DNA of 64,000 nucleotides from contig OZ024743.1 in NCBI GenBank assembly GCA_964016885.1, positions 340,008,001 through 340,072,000 of the forward strand, given 5' to 3'. The notes under the pieces were generated by a model. The model did not search any database and was not told where the DNA came from. It saw nothing but the letters and a program-made list of their open reading frames with translations. This document shows, in pieces, positions 39,291 through 51,207 of this stretch. Origin of the DNA: Eledone cirrhosa (taxonomy: Eukaryota). The stretch's first letter is position 1. The number at the start of each line of letters is the position of its first letter. Position numbers and translations under genes: made by a program.

Positions 39291-40977
39291 GCATAAACCT
39301 GCACGTCGGAGAGGTCGAACAGATAAACGGGTGAGGCTGCGTAGCAACTCTCCATCGACTGGTTCGTGCTGTAACTGTTGGCCACTACATACACACATAC
39401 ATCAATACACATGATACAATGCTACTCTAGACATACATATATACGATGTATATTATCATACTGGATTCTAAATTAAAGGATTGATTTACAACATGTAAAA
39501 AAAACAAAAAAAAAAACAAAACAAAACCCGAAGACGTGAAAAGAAAGCAATTTTCTACAAATGTTATAAACAGATGCCATTTACTTTGTGTATGTATGTG
39601 TTTGTGTGTACGTGTGAGTGCGTATGTGAGCATGCATATATGCGTGTTTGCAAGTGTAGATATGTTTGTGTCCGTGCACCTCCAGTGTTTTTTCGTCTCA
39701 ATCTTTCTCTTACTATTTACCTGCCACTTCAGTCAGTATGTGCACTCCCATTTCATCCCATATGTTAATTCTTCTATCTCTCTTTTACTCTCTTCCCCGC
39801 TCTCTCCAAACGATATAAAACGTGACATCTGAAACCGGACTAACCAACCAGCCAACCAGCCAACCAACCAAACAATCAACTAACCAACGCATTCAGAATT
39901 ATATATTAGAAATGCTATTTAGGTTTCCAATTATCGCTGGTAAACTACTATTAAATGGACAAACTTATTATTTGCGGTCGTTGTATGGCAACGTTTTTTA
40001 TATTTACCTTTCATCTATGTTTTTTTTAATTCGGTTTTGTTTTAAATGAGTAGACATAACACTAGACTAGTTTCTCTAGAAAACAATTAACCCTTGATGT
40101 ATCAAGTATAAAACTGGCATCGTATCTGTAACAGGTTGAGAGCTGGACGCGTTTCTTATGCCATAATAATTACAATAATGATTCTATTTATACTCTCTTT
40201 AATTTTTAGCAGTATTACTAACACAGCATGATTTAGAATCGAGGCGCATATAAAAGCATATGCAACATGATTATGAATAATAAACATGTAAAAATCTCGC
40301 TGAGGGTGTTTTAAGCTGTGATCATGTCACAGCTACCCCAGTCACCCCCGTGAGAACGCAAAATTCTATTATTTCAGACCACAAGTGGTGCTTACTCATA
40401 CGGTACTGAGGTAGGGAAAACAAAAAGTCCATCGGGCCCGCATTATATGTAAATGAGCGGTGGATTGGCAGTATCCGCAGAGGATCTGACACCATGCTTG
40501 GCTACACAGAGTTATGGCCCTTTATGTTCTGAGTTCAAATCCAACCGTGGTTAACTTTGCCTTTCATCCTTACGGGATTGATAAAATAAAGCACCAGTAA
40601 TGCACTGAGGTAATTCCTGGCCTTGTGCTAAAAGTAGAAACAATTATATGCAAATGAGCCTCTCCAAAAATATATATTTCCAAATCTACGTTTCCACACG
40701 GTTACTAAAGAAGAAGTGATGAGATAAAAGCTCAAAATACCTTCAGTGAAACATATGTATGTTTATTATACACAAATACATTGTGTATGCTTTCATAGAA
40801 GCCTCTATTATCTTCAATTTGTATAGGTTTAAAGACAATATATCAACCCAGAAGTCAACTACTTCAAACAATTATGAGGTTTTTTAATACAAATATCAAA
40901 TATCAAGCAATAAAAGCAATTTATCTAAAATGATATATTACACATCTTTTTTAAAAAAGCTATATACCACCACCACC

Positions 40978-41080
<103 letters not shown>

Positions 41081-41089
41081 TCTCTCTCG

Positions 41090-41145
<56 letters not shown>

Positions 41146-41191
41146 ATAAACGTGCTGCGTGGTTGCTAATGGGTTACATATGAATAAAGTT

Positions 41192-41253
41192 AGTCCTTCA
41201 TCAGTGATCTTCCAACCATCATTGGTATTTCATCGCTTTAAAGACCATATACC
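41192..41253 (-). ncRNA. Candidate hammerhead with non-standard segment order (copy 2; in 41141-41297 insert between (TA)n tracts)
   Basis: Minus strand ggtaT-A-tggtctt taa agcgat-GAAA-tacc aatgatggttgg aagatca-CTGATGA-aggact. Confidence 0.5.
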
Positions 41254-41296
41254 TCCGGTTGGTGCGAGCAACGGCTAAAAAAAGTCGTTGGGACAC

Positions 41297-41358
<62 letters not shown>

Positions 41359-42957
41359 TAAATGCACACAATTAGGTAATATGAATAAATAACTGCTTCT
41401 TTACCTCGTCAGCCACCTTGCTGACATGCGTTTCCCGCATTAAGGTTCTACTGCACTTGTGATGCCAGTTTGGGCATCAAATCGAAAACCCACTCTGGTA
41501 GTGGGATGCGTGTGAGACGATATTGTAGAACGCCATCTAGCGTCGACTGTGAAGGCAGTCGATTAACTGCCCTTAGTTCTGACGCCACGTTCTGACGTCA
41601 GTAGCTGAAACAATAGCTCTTGAACGGTGATACTTCGGGGTGAATAGACGTGCTTCCACGCAGTGACCCAAACAGCGATATCACACCATGCGGTCGCGGC
41701 AGTATATGACGATTGAAAAATATCCCAACCTAGGAGCACTTGAGTATTTGAATATATTCTGTAATTGCTCCTATTAAAAAATGTTTCTATAACATAATAT
41801 TGAGGTATGTTCCTTCTTCCTTGTTTGACTATGTGCCAGTATACTAAATCCAATTAGACGGGATATCTGACCACCACCCCGCCTAAAATATCAAAAGATT
41901 GGATAGGAAAATTTACGAGTGTCTTTAAACTAAAAAAGAGAGATAAATACGTGAAAAATCACGACTAGAATGAAATGGTCAAGAGACTGTGCACTAAACA
42001 TACTATTATATACAAAATATGATTACTACAAATAAGCATGTCTTTTTATTTCATTTTGATACAACTATAAAATATGAAGCAATGAAAATAATCTATCTAA
42101 AGTGATACCACTAGCATGTCTTCTTTTATTAGCGACATACTACTACTATTTACTCAGTGATGATGATGATGGTGGATTCTCTGAAAGGGTTCGATGGTAA
42201 GCATTCAGTTGATTTGACCAACTGAACGTTAAGCGTTCGTGAAATTTATGCGTAAATGGTTGAGAATTCTACAAACATGTATGCTCTTAACGCAGTTCTC
42301 AGGCCTAATTAGCGTGTCACAATATACGACACGACAGAACATATAGGTACAATCTATCCGCTACGCTTCCACACAGTTTCCGTCGTTTAATTTAACTCTC
42401 AAGGGTCTATCAGAGACTAAAATAGCGAACGCTAGCTGAAGAATGCCATGTACTGGAATTGAATTCGGAATCTCATGATCGCGAAGAGAAATTTTTAACA
42501 ACTCAGCCACGTAATTAAGACTGTCAATTGCCTATAGTTGAACATAAATACATTTAGAACAAACTAAATCTATCAATGCATTCAAGTAAACTTAATCTAT
42601 AAAATGACCTTCAATTACCTGATCCATACAGCACAAGGAAAAGTAAAAATTACATGCGACTTCTAAACCATGTCCCAAGCCTTTGGTTAAAATAACCACT
42701 ATCCTGCAACAATTAGTAGTATGGTAATGGCGGATGTCATCAAGCTACAGCCGTTGTATTAGATAGTTTCTAGAGTAATAATCTACAGCGACTACGACCC
42801 TATACAAACTCACACACATATATACCGTTGTTTACGTTGGCGTAGTTGGACGGGAACTTTTGAGGCATTGTTTTATAATTGGATGCCGTTCTTGATACTA
42901 ACCTTTTAATCGTTTTTTACGACACAGGGATGCGGTGAACAAACCTATACATCCATC

Positions 42958-43108
<151 letters not shown>

Positions 43109-43273
43109 TATAAAGTAGTGCAGTTAATACGATCGATAATTTTCCAAGAGCTGGCACAACGTGGTAGAAAATTATCGGCCTTTTATTACACACACACATA
43201 TATATGTGTATGTATATACATATACATATATATGTGTATGTATATACATATACATACATACACACATACATAC

Positions 43274-43305
<32 letters not shown>

Positions 43306-43755
43306 GTACTTGTGTGTGTGTGAAAGACTGGGAATTTCTTGGATGTGAGATTTAAATATACGGTAAAATTAAGCAGGAGGCGAAAATCGAGAATCAATCA
43401 GCAAGGGGCGTGGCGAAATAAGGAGAAGGAAAGAGAATAAAGAGGAAAAGAATGAAGGAAGGAAAATGATGAGTGGAGAAGAAGGTAGTTGAATGCGGAA
43501 TAGAAGGAGGCTTTGATAATAGCCATGAAACAAATTACAATCGTTGTGATGAAAACTGCTTTCGGAGTAATAGTGGGAAGCACAAAACTTTATTGATAGG
43601 AGAAATTTGGTATGAATCGACATATGTGTAATAATGACTAGCTGACCCTGTGGGGATTCTAGCGTTTGATTAGAAACAACCACCAAGTGTTAAAGATCAA
43701 TATGGCACTTTAAAGGTTTTATTTATATGTCATATATATATATATATTTATATAT

Positions 43756-43911
43756 AGGGTGTAATAAAAAAAACCCAGGTAGACCATAACCCACCAGAGT
43801 ACTCGATACTTGGGGTAGTAGAGTGGGTAATCTGAAAAGATTCAGGTCCCCGACGGCTGAGCGCCGGCCGTTTCGACAGCTAGTTCGGACAGCCGTCGGG
43901 GTCCTGAATCT

Positions 43912-43915
<4 letters not shown>
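43756..43915. mobile_element. Family B-related PLE 3' end with half HHR and short inverted arm
   Basis: Minus strand GAAA-cggc...gccg-TC-gggg; inverted copy at 43890-43915; (TA)n flanks. Confidence 0.7.
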
Positions 43916-43984
<69 letters not shown>

Positions 43985-43996
43985 CTTGCAGAACAA

Positions 43997-44084
<88 letters not shown>

Positions 44085-44177
44085 GTAGAACACTGGTGGG
44101 TTATATCCGTAGTAGTAGAGCACTCAGTCCAAGGGATGAGTTTGGTAGAAGTAGTTCCACAACAGTTAGTTCACCAT

Positions 44178-44220
44178 ACCGAGAACAAATGTTTCACCTT
44201 ATTCGGATCCTCAGCTCGGT
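44178..44220 (-). ncRNA. Minimal type I hammerhead, family G (in 44081-44279 insert with 29-bp inverted arm)
   Basis: accgag|CTGAGGA|t-cc-gaataa-gg-t|GAAA|c-attt-g|TT|ctcggt. Confidence 0.75.
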
Positions 44221-44295
44221 CTAAATGAAGTTGTACGGATAAGCTTCGTTATGGTGAGCTAACTGTTGTGGAACTACTTATATATATATATATAT

Positions 44296-44902
44296 GGAGT
44301 GAAAATTTTAGTAAGTAAGTTAATTTTTTTAATTTTTTTAAAATTTTCTTATTTTACGTCTTTTATATTATTGTTCTGAATCCTCCTACATTGAACCACC
44401 TAGGTACTATGACATAACTTATGTATTTGCTAGCATTAGCGTACATCTGTACGCATATGTTAGTAGATATACTAAATTGTCTATATTTATCTCCAAATTA
44501 TTTATTTGTTGAGCAAACCTGCCAAAACTACTACTAATTTATTGGTGTGATAGTAGGCTTCTGTCATCTTACCATCCCACTCCTTCCGACTAGCCTCAGC
44601 GTCACGTGATTGATTCTTTAGAATCTGCCATTTGACCAGAGACAGCGAACTTTTCAGTACATGGAATCCAGTCCCCGCTAGCTGTTCCATCTACCGAATT
44701 ATTATTATTTTTATATGAGTCCCCAGTGTCCGCGCATTACCTGGAGACTTAGCTGAGAATAGACTCCCTGATGACGCAATGAATTCTCGACAGTTATATT
44801 ACGTAACTGTCTATATCCCATTGCAGAAACTAATTAGTTGGAGTGAAAATTTTAGTAAGTAAGTTAATTTTTTAAATTTTTTTAAAATTTTCTTATTTTA
44901 CG

Positions 44903-44910
<8 letters not shown>
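44296..44910 (+). mobile_element. Retrozyme-like element: 544-nt monomer plus ~70-bp terminal direct repeat
   Basis: 44296-44367 repeated at 44840-44910; the repeat begins at the HHR cleavage site. Confidence 0.85.
44763..44844 (+). ncRNA. Type I hammerhead, family H
   Basis: actcc|CTGATGA|c-gcaatg...cattgc-a|GAAA|ctaattag|TT|ggagt; inner hairpin gacagtta/taactgtc. Confidence 0.85.
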
Positions 44911-44945
<35 letters not shown>

Positions 44946-45454
44946 TTAGTTAAGCAAAACAAGACCACAAATTTCACAAGGAAGACATTATTAAAAGATT
45001 GTCAAAATATTTTAGTTTGATGGAAGGAATGTAGAGAATAATAATAATAATATTAATAATAATAATGTCCGTTTACAATTGTTTCGCTACTCCATATAAT
45101 ATTTCTGGATCAAATGACTATATATCATTATTGATTTGGTTCAGTTGAAAATAATTAACATATTTAAAAACAGAGCGGTTCATCGGAACTTCAAAGGAAT
45201 ATAAATTACAATCTTTTAATAATGTCTTCCTTGTGAAATTTGTGGTCTTGTTTTGCTTAACTAATGAATATTTCCAGCTCTGCGCGCCTAACTTCTGCAT
45301 GAACCCAGCCTCCTAGCTGCTTTCTACTGCATATTGCACATTGAGCACATGCCTTTACGGTTTGGCTTCTAACTAATTCACCAATCTCTCCTCTCCTATC
45401 TCCTCTCCTATCTCCATCTCTCTCTTTAAGATTGGTTACTCTTGAACTGTATTC

Positions 45455-45710
45455 GTGTCAGTGCCGGTGTCTTTGTGTGTGCGTGTATGTCTTTTTGTGT
45501 TTGTCATGCCTACGTGTGTTTTATATGAGTGTGTTTTTGTATCATTTGCTGTTTTACCTTTATGGGACGAAAGAACGTTGATAAAGTATAGAATAACAAG
45601 CAATAATGATGCGCGTGTTTCTTTCTGTTGGCAATATTGGCAACATGACCATCTCCAAATATAACAATATCGTTTTCAACACTCGGTTTCACATCAAGAA
45701 TCTTGCAGAA

Positions 45711-45772
<62 letters not shown>

Positions 45773-46027
45773 TTCTGTAAGATTCTTGATGTGAAACCGA
45801 GTGTTGAAAACGATATTGTTATATTTGGGGATGGTCATGTTGCCAATATTGCCAACAGAAAGAAACACGCGCATCATTATTGCTTGTTATTCTATACTTT
45901 ATCAACGTTCTTTCGTCCTATAAAGGTAAAACAGCAAACGATACAAAAACACACTCATATAAAACACACGTAGGCATGACAAACACAAAAAGACATACAC
46001 GCACACACAAAGACAGGCACTGACACG
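45455..46027. repeat. ~260-bp inverted repeat centred on (TA)n; related fragments at 46135-46253 and 48095-48370
   Basis: Mirror-image ORF-track translations and direct reverse-complement match. Confidence 0.85.
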
Positions 46028-46249
46028 AAACACAAAACGCACCACAAAACAAACAAAGACAAGGTGGAGTAGAAGTTTAAGACCAGAAAAAGAGGAAATA
46101 CAAAACAGATGATCATTGAGGAGGTCACAGAATGTGAGACGAAAGAACTTTGATAAACAAATGAATAACGAACAATAATGTGAACATTATTGGGTGCGTG
46201 TGTTCCTTTCTATTGGCAATATTGGCGGCAACATGACCATCCTCAAATA

Positions 46250-46300
<51 letters not shown>

Positions 46301-47656
46301 GATAACAGATTATCGTTATAAGTAATCCAGTTAGAGGTTGTGAATACTTCGTATTGTGGATAGTTTTAGCGTACGGCGTTGTTTGACTGAACAAGAGGTT
46401 TCCTTGGGTAGCGAGTTTGCGAGTACTCGGGAATTCCTATGCAGGTTAATCTTGGAGTAATGATAGTGAAAGAGTGAAGAATAACATGGTCAACAGTACA
46501 AAAAGGGTTTTATTTACAGTATTAACAATTGTTTCATTGATTAAGTTGTCTAAAAATTGTTAATCACTTGAAGTCGTGTCACTCAATTTTAAATACGATG
46601 TGTGCTTAATCAAATCATTGGAAAAAACTGATTAAAATTATACACGGCGTTTGTAATATACTAGGAAAATTCAAATCACAACATCAGTCATAAAGACAGA
46701 AAAAGAAAAAAAAAAGAAAGAGAGAGAGAAAAAGAAAAAAGAAGAAAAAAGAAAAGAGAAAAAAAAATATAAAGAAAAATAATAAATAAATAATAATAAA
46801 TAAGTTAGAATGAAGATGATAAAAAAAAATGTATGTGTGTGAAGAAAAGTGAACATAATATGATTGTTGAAAATAGTTGTGGTGGTGGTGGTTAAAATAT
46901 AAAGATGTGATGGTATAAACATGAAAATACTAAATATATACATTATATGTATTGGTTAAATTAATAAATTAATAAATTAATAAATTGGAAGTTATGTTAG
47001 AAGTGAAGAGAATACGATAGGATATAATGTAAGAGGTGAAATAGATTTAGGGAAAGAGAGTGAAAGAAAGAAAAGTTAGGAGGTTATGATGTTGGTTCAG
47101 GGATTAGTTGATTTATTGACAGTTAATAATAAATTCGCTAATTTCAAAACAACTTAATTCGACCCAACAATTCCATAATTCAAACTGTACCACCTGAGTC
47201 TATGAAAACAACCCAGGTGGATTGGCAGTATTCGGTAGAGGGTCGGACGCCATGCTTTCCAGCATAGTTACGTCCCTTTACGATCTGAGTTCAAATCCCG
47301 CCGAGGTTGACTTTGCCTTTCATCCTTACGGGGTCGATAAAATAAAGTACCAGTAATGCACTGGGTAATTGCTGGCCTTGTGCCTAAAGTAGAAACAATT
47401 ATTATTATCTGTGGATTGGCAGTATCGGTAGAGGGTCGGACGCCATGCTTTGACGCATAGAGTTACGGCCCTTTCCATTCTGAGTTCAAATCCCGCCGAG
47501 GTTAGCTTTGCCTTTCATCCTTACGGGGTCGATAACATAAAGTACCAGCAATGCACTGGGATAATTGCTGGCCTTGTGCCTAACGTAGAAACAACTATTA
47601 TTAATACTGTAAATAAAACCCTTTTTGTACTGTTGACCATGTTATTCTTCACTCTT

Positions 47657-47698
<42 letters not shown>

Positions 47699-47831
47699 TA
47701 TATAAAAGTTCTATTTAAATTGTTGGGATACAACAAGCAAATATTTTTATAACTGATATAAAGCACCCAACAAATAATTGGAGTAAAAATACGATATTAA
47801 CAAATGGAAACTATATTTATAAAACCATATT

Positions 47832-47896
47832 TATTTCATTATACATATTTCAAGGACACCAAGTTAAATTATGGTGTGCTTTCATCAGATAAAATA
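47832..47896 (-). ncRNA. Minimal type I hammerhead, family C variant (in 47703-48060 insert)
   Basis: tattttat|CTGATGA|aag-c-acacca...tggtgt-c-ctt|GAAA|tatgta|TA|atgaaata; stem II changes are compensatory relative to 9804. Confidence 0.82.
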
Positions 47897-48198
47897 TAAT
47901 ATAGAGCAGTTTTATAAATAAATATTGACATACCCTTAAAGAATGCGACCATTTCTGCTGGAAGCTCCCGGATAGTGATAATTTAACTTGGTGTCCTTGA
48001 AATATGTACAATGAAATAAATATGGTTTTATATATATAGTTTCCACTTGTTAATATATCGAATATATATATATATATATATACTTCGTCTTTTAATTTTT
48101 TTTGCAACTTTTCTTCTCGGAAAACGTGTGTTGAAACATATATTGTTATACTTTGGGAGGGTCTTTTATTGGCAGAACGACCCTACCAAAGTATAACA

Positions 48199-48281
<83 letters not shown>

Positions 48282-48305
48282 CATTGTTATACTTTGGTAG
48301 GATCG

Positions 48306-48343
<38 letters not shown>

Positions 48344-48364
48344 TGTTATACTTTGGTAGGATCG

Positions 48365-48425
<61 letters not shown>

Positions 48426-48463
48426 TTGGAGCTCAATGATCTCAGCAAACAGGTGGGGTAGTT

Positions 48464-48507
48464 GGCCTTGATAAGCTTCAACCAAAGCGAAACAAGTCTT
48501 GTCGGCT
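48464..48507 (+). ncRNA. Type I hammerhead, family A variant with U3-A8 core (TTGATAA)
   Basis: ggcc|TTGATAA|gctt-caacca-aagc|GAAA|caa-gtc-ttg|TC|ggct; 16-bp distal stem 48438-48453/48515-48530. Confidence 0.82.
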
Positions 48508-48969
48508 TATCTCCCCTGTTTGCTGAGATCAAAGTGAGTGAATTTGTCACTACTTTAAAACAATAGCTTACGGTCTTCAAAATGCTTTTAATTAAGCATA
48601 AAGTGTATTGCAAAATACATTATATATACATCCATATATATATATATATATATATGTTTAAAAAATGTTCGCTCAGAGATTCTTTCGTCCTCTTTCCATA
48701 ATGACGTGTTGTAGCGTGGGATTAAAAAATCACCACCACCACCACTGTCGCTCACACAAACGTACACACACTTCTACCTCCCCCTTTCATGGTATTTAAC
48801 ACCTTTGATATAACATACTACTATCCTCACTATTAGTAGAGAGAGAGAAAGCGTGACTAAATGATCATGATTGAAATGTCCTCGAACATATGTCTAATTA
48901 TTCAGTGCTGACCAGAAACTAAACACCAACAAAAACAACAGCAGCACACAGACACAGACACAGACACAG

Positions 48970-49104
<135 letters not shown>

Positions 49105-49127
49105 TATACTACTGTTTTTAGACAAAA

Positions 49128-49888
49128 GAGTAAGGAGGTGGCCCTGGAGCCGAGGACACCAGAAGTCTCCACTGCCAGGGGTACAACCGCAAACCTGCCG
49201 GAGATCGACCAGTATTTGAGGAGTTTAGCCTCCTCAGCTCGACGTGCAGCAGAACCCGGGTTAATCGCAGACTGCACCAGGTTGCGGCTGCAGAAAGTGT
49301 TGGTGCAAGTGGCATCCCAGACGAGGGGTTTGCCACCGCGGAACGGGAAGATGGTCATGCCATCTGGCCTTTTGCCGTCCCCTCGGTCCAGCCCCACCGG
49401 CTCGAGCTGGGAAGGGAAGCCTGCAGTGTCCAAGCAATGCTTTATGACCTCGTTGAGGGCAGCATGTCATGGAAGGCGGCCGGCACTGTGTCGACAGAAA
49501 AGCGGGTGGAGGCCGAAAGGGTCCACGGTGGATCCGCAGCGACATTGGTGTGGCTCGCATATCCGGAGGCTGAGCCTCAAGGAAACGCCAATGCGCAGGC
49601 TATTATTGTCTAGCTGCGTGCCAGTGGAGAAGGAGGGCAGGGCATGGAGCCAGACACCACTGTGGGGTTTGGAGGCCGCACGAAAACAGGCAAGGCGGTG
49701 CTGGTCGACTGGCGCGTGAGCCTGTCTGAGGCCAGACTGCACTGGATGGCATCCTAAATGCTTTGGGGGGACTTGACGTCAACAGGGGGAGAAGGAGGAG
49801 GGACGTCTACTGGGCTGAGTCCCAGCCGATCCCACGTCTCACAGGCGGCCTCACGTTCTCTGAACACAGAGGGTTCTATTGTGTTTTG
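49128..49888 (-). pseudogene. CRE-like element fragment with RLE domain
   Basis: HSGVWLHALP...CEPHQCRCG...H...C; EPVGLDRGDGKRPDG...WDATC...PLAVETSG; 49796-49888 nearly identical to 16410-16505. Confidence 0.85.
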
Positions 49889-51005
49889 GCGAATAATAGT
49901 TTGTGACCGAGAAATACAAACTCCGTAACTTGAGCAATTTGCTTGTTGTAGATTGTTAGTTGGAGATTGGCATTGTTTTCTAGTGTCTAGTGGCACTAAA
50001 TTGTCATTCATTTTCATTGGCTACTTCGTGACTCCCTTTGTTCCTCTAAATTGCCATTCTGTTGTGGATGGCATTGTTGTGTCTCCGTTTCTCTGTTCAC
50101 TACTATCAAGTCATCTAATATTTGGTTTGTTGGAAATTTAGGCCAGGTTTTAGAAATGAATGTATTTTGGTGCCTGCAATGTGATATTACCTAATTTCCT
50201 CCTTTGATCAAGTATATTGTATAGTTAAATAGAATTTCTCTACGGTACACTGGAGCGCCCCCTGGAACTGTCTACGTAAGGCGTGGCATTATATATTATT
50301 GGCCATGTTATTTAGACGCGTGGCTTATTGGTTAGGGCGATCGGCTCACGATCGTAAGCTTGTGTTTTTGATTCACGGTGGCGCGTTGTATTTTTGAGTA
50401 AGACACTTTATTTTACATTACTCCAGTTCATTCAACTAGCGGAAATAAGTTGTGATTCAAACGGTTACACGCTGAATCTCCTTGAGAACTACATTAAGGT
50501 TTCACGTGTCTGTGGAATGCTCATCAGCTTGCTTATTAATTTCACGAGCAGGTTTGTTATTTCGTTGTTCGATCAACCGATGGAGGTCCAACACAACATG
50601 ATTTGTGTGAAAACTGGTTATAAAAAGTACTACAAATATAACTTTATTCAGATATAGCACCCAAACGGTCTTGATTTATCATAGAGCTTAAAATATACTT
50701 GTACTAAGAAGACTTAATAAAGGAAATACGAGCATAGCATTAATAAAGGAATTGAAAAGTATATATTCGTGCGTGGTGTAATAATATATATTTAAAATCA
50801 AACGTATGTATGTATGTATGTATGTATGTATGTATGTATGAATGTATGTATGTATGTATGTATGTATGTATGTATGGATGTATGTATGTATGTATTCGTG
50901 TACGTATGCAAATATGTATTCATACATTTATGTATATATACGTGTATGTATGCATATATGTATGTATGCATACATATATATATATATGCATATATGTATG
51001 TATGC

Positions 51006-51036
<31 letters not shown>

Positions 51037-51207
51037 TGTATGTATGTATGTATGTATGTATGTATGTATGTATGTATCTAGCCAAAATGAAAAATCTCCA
51101 AATTAAGAATATATCGACTTTATTATCACCATTCGGTTCTTCAAGATGTAGTCCATGTTTGAGAAGTATTGCAAATATATATAATTAAGTTGAAGTTCGA
51201 AACGGCG

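Noticed and set aside
41400-41445. Minus-strand gaaac-gcat-gtc...ctgacga resembling a type II HHR
   Set aside because: Stems I and II do not pair in register; the core is sequestered in a simple hairpin.
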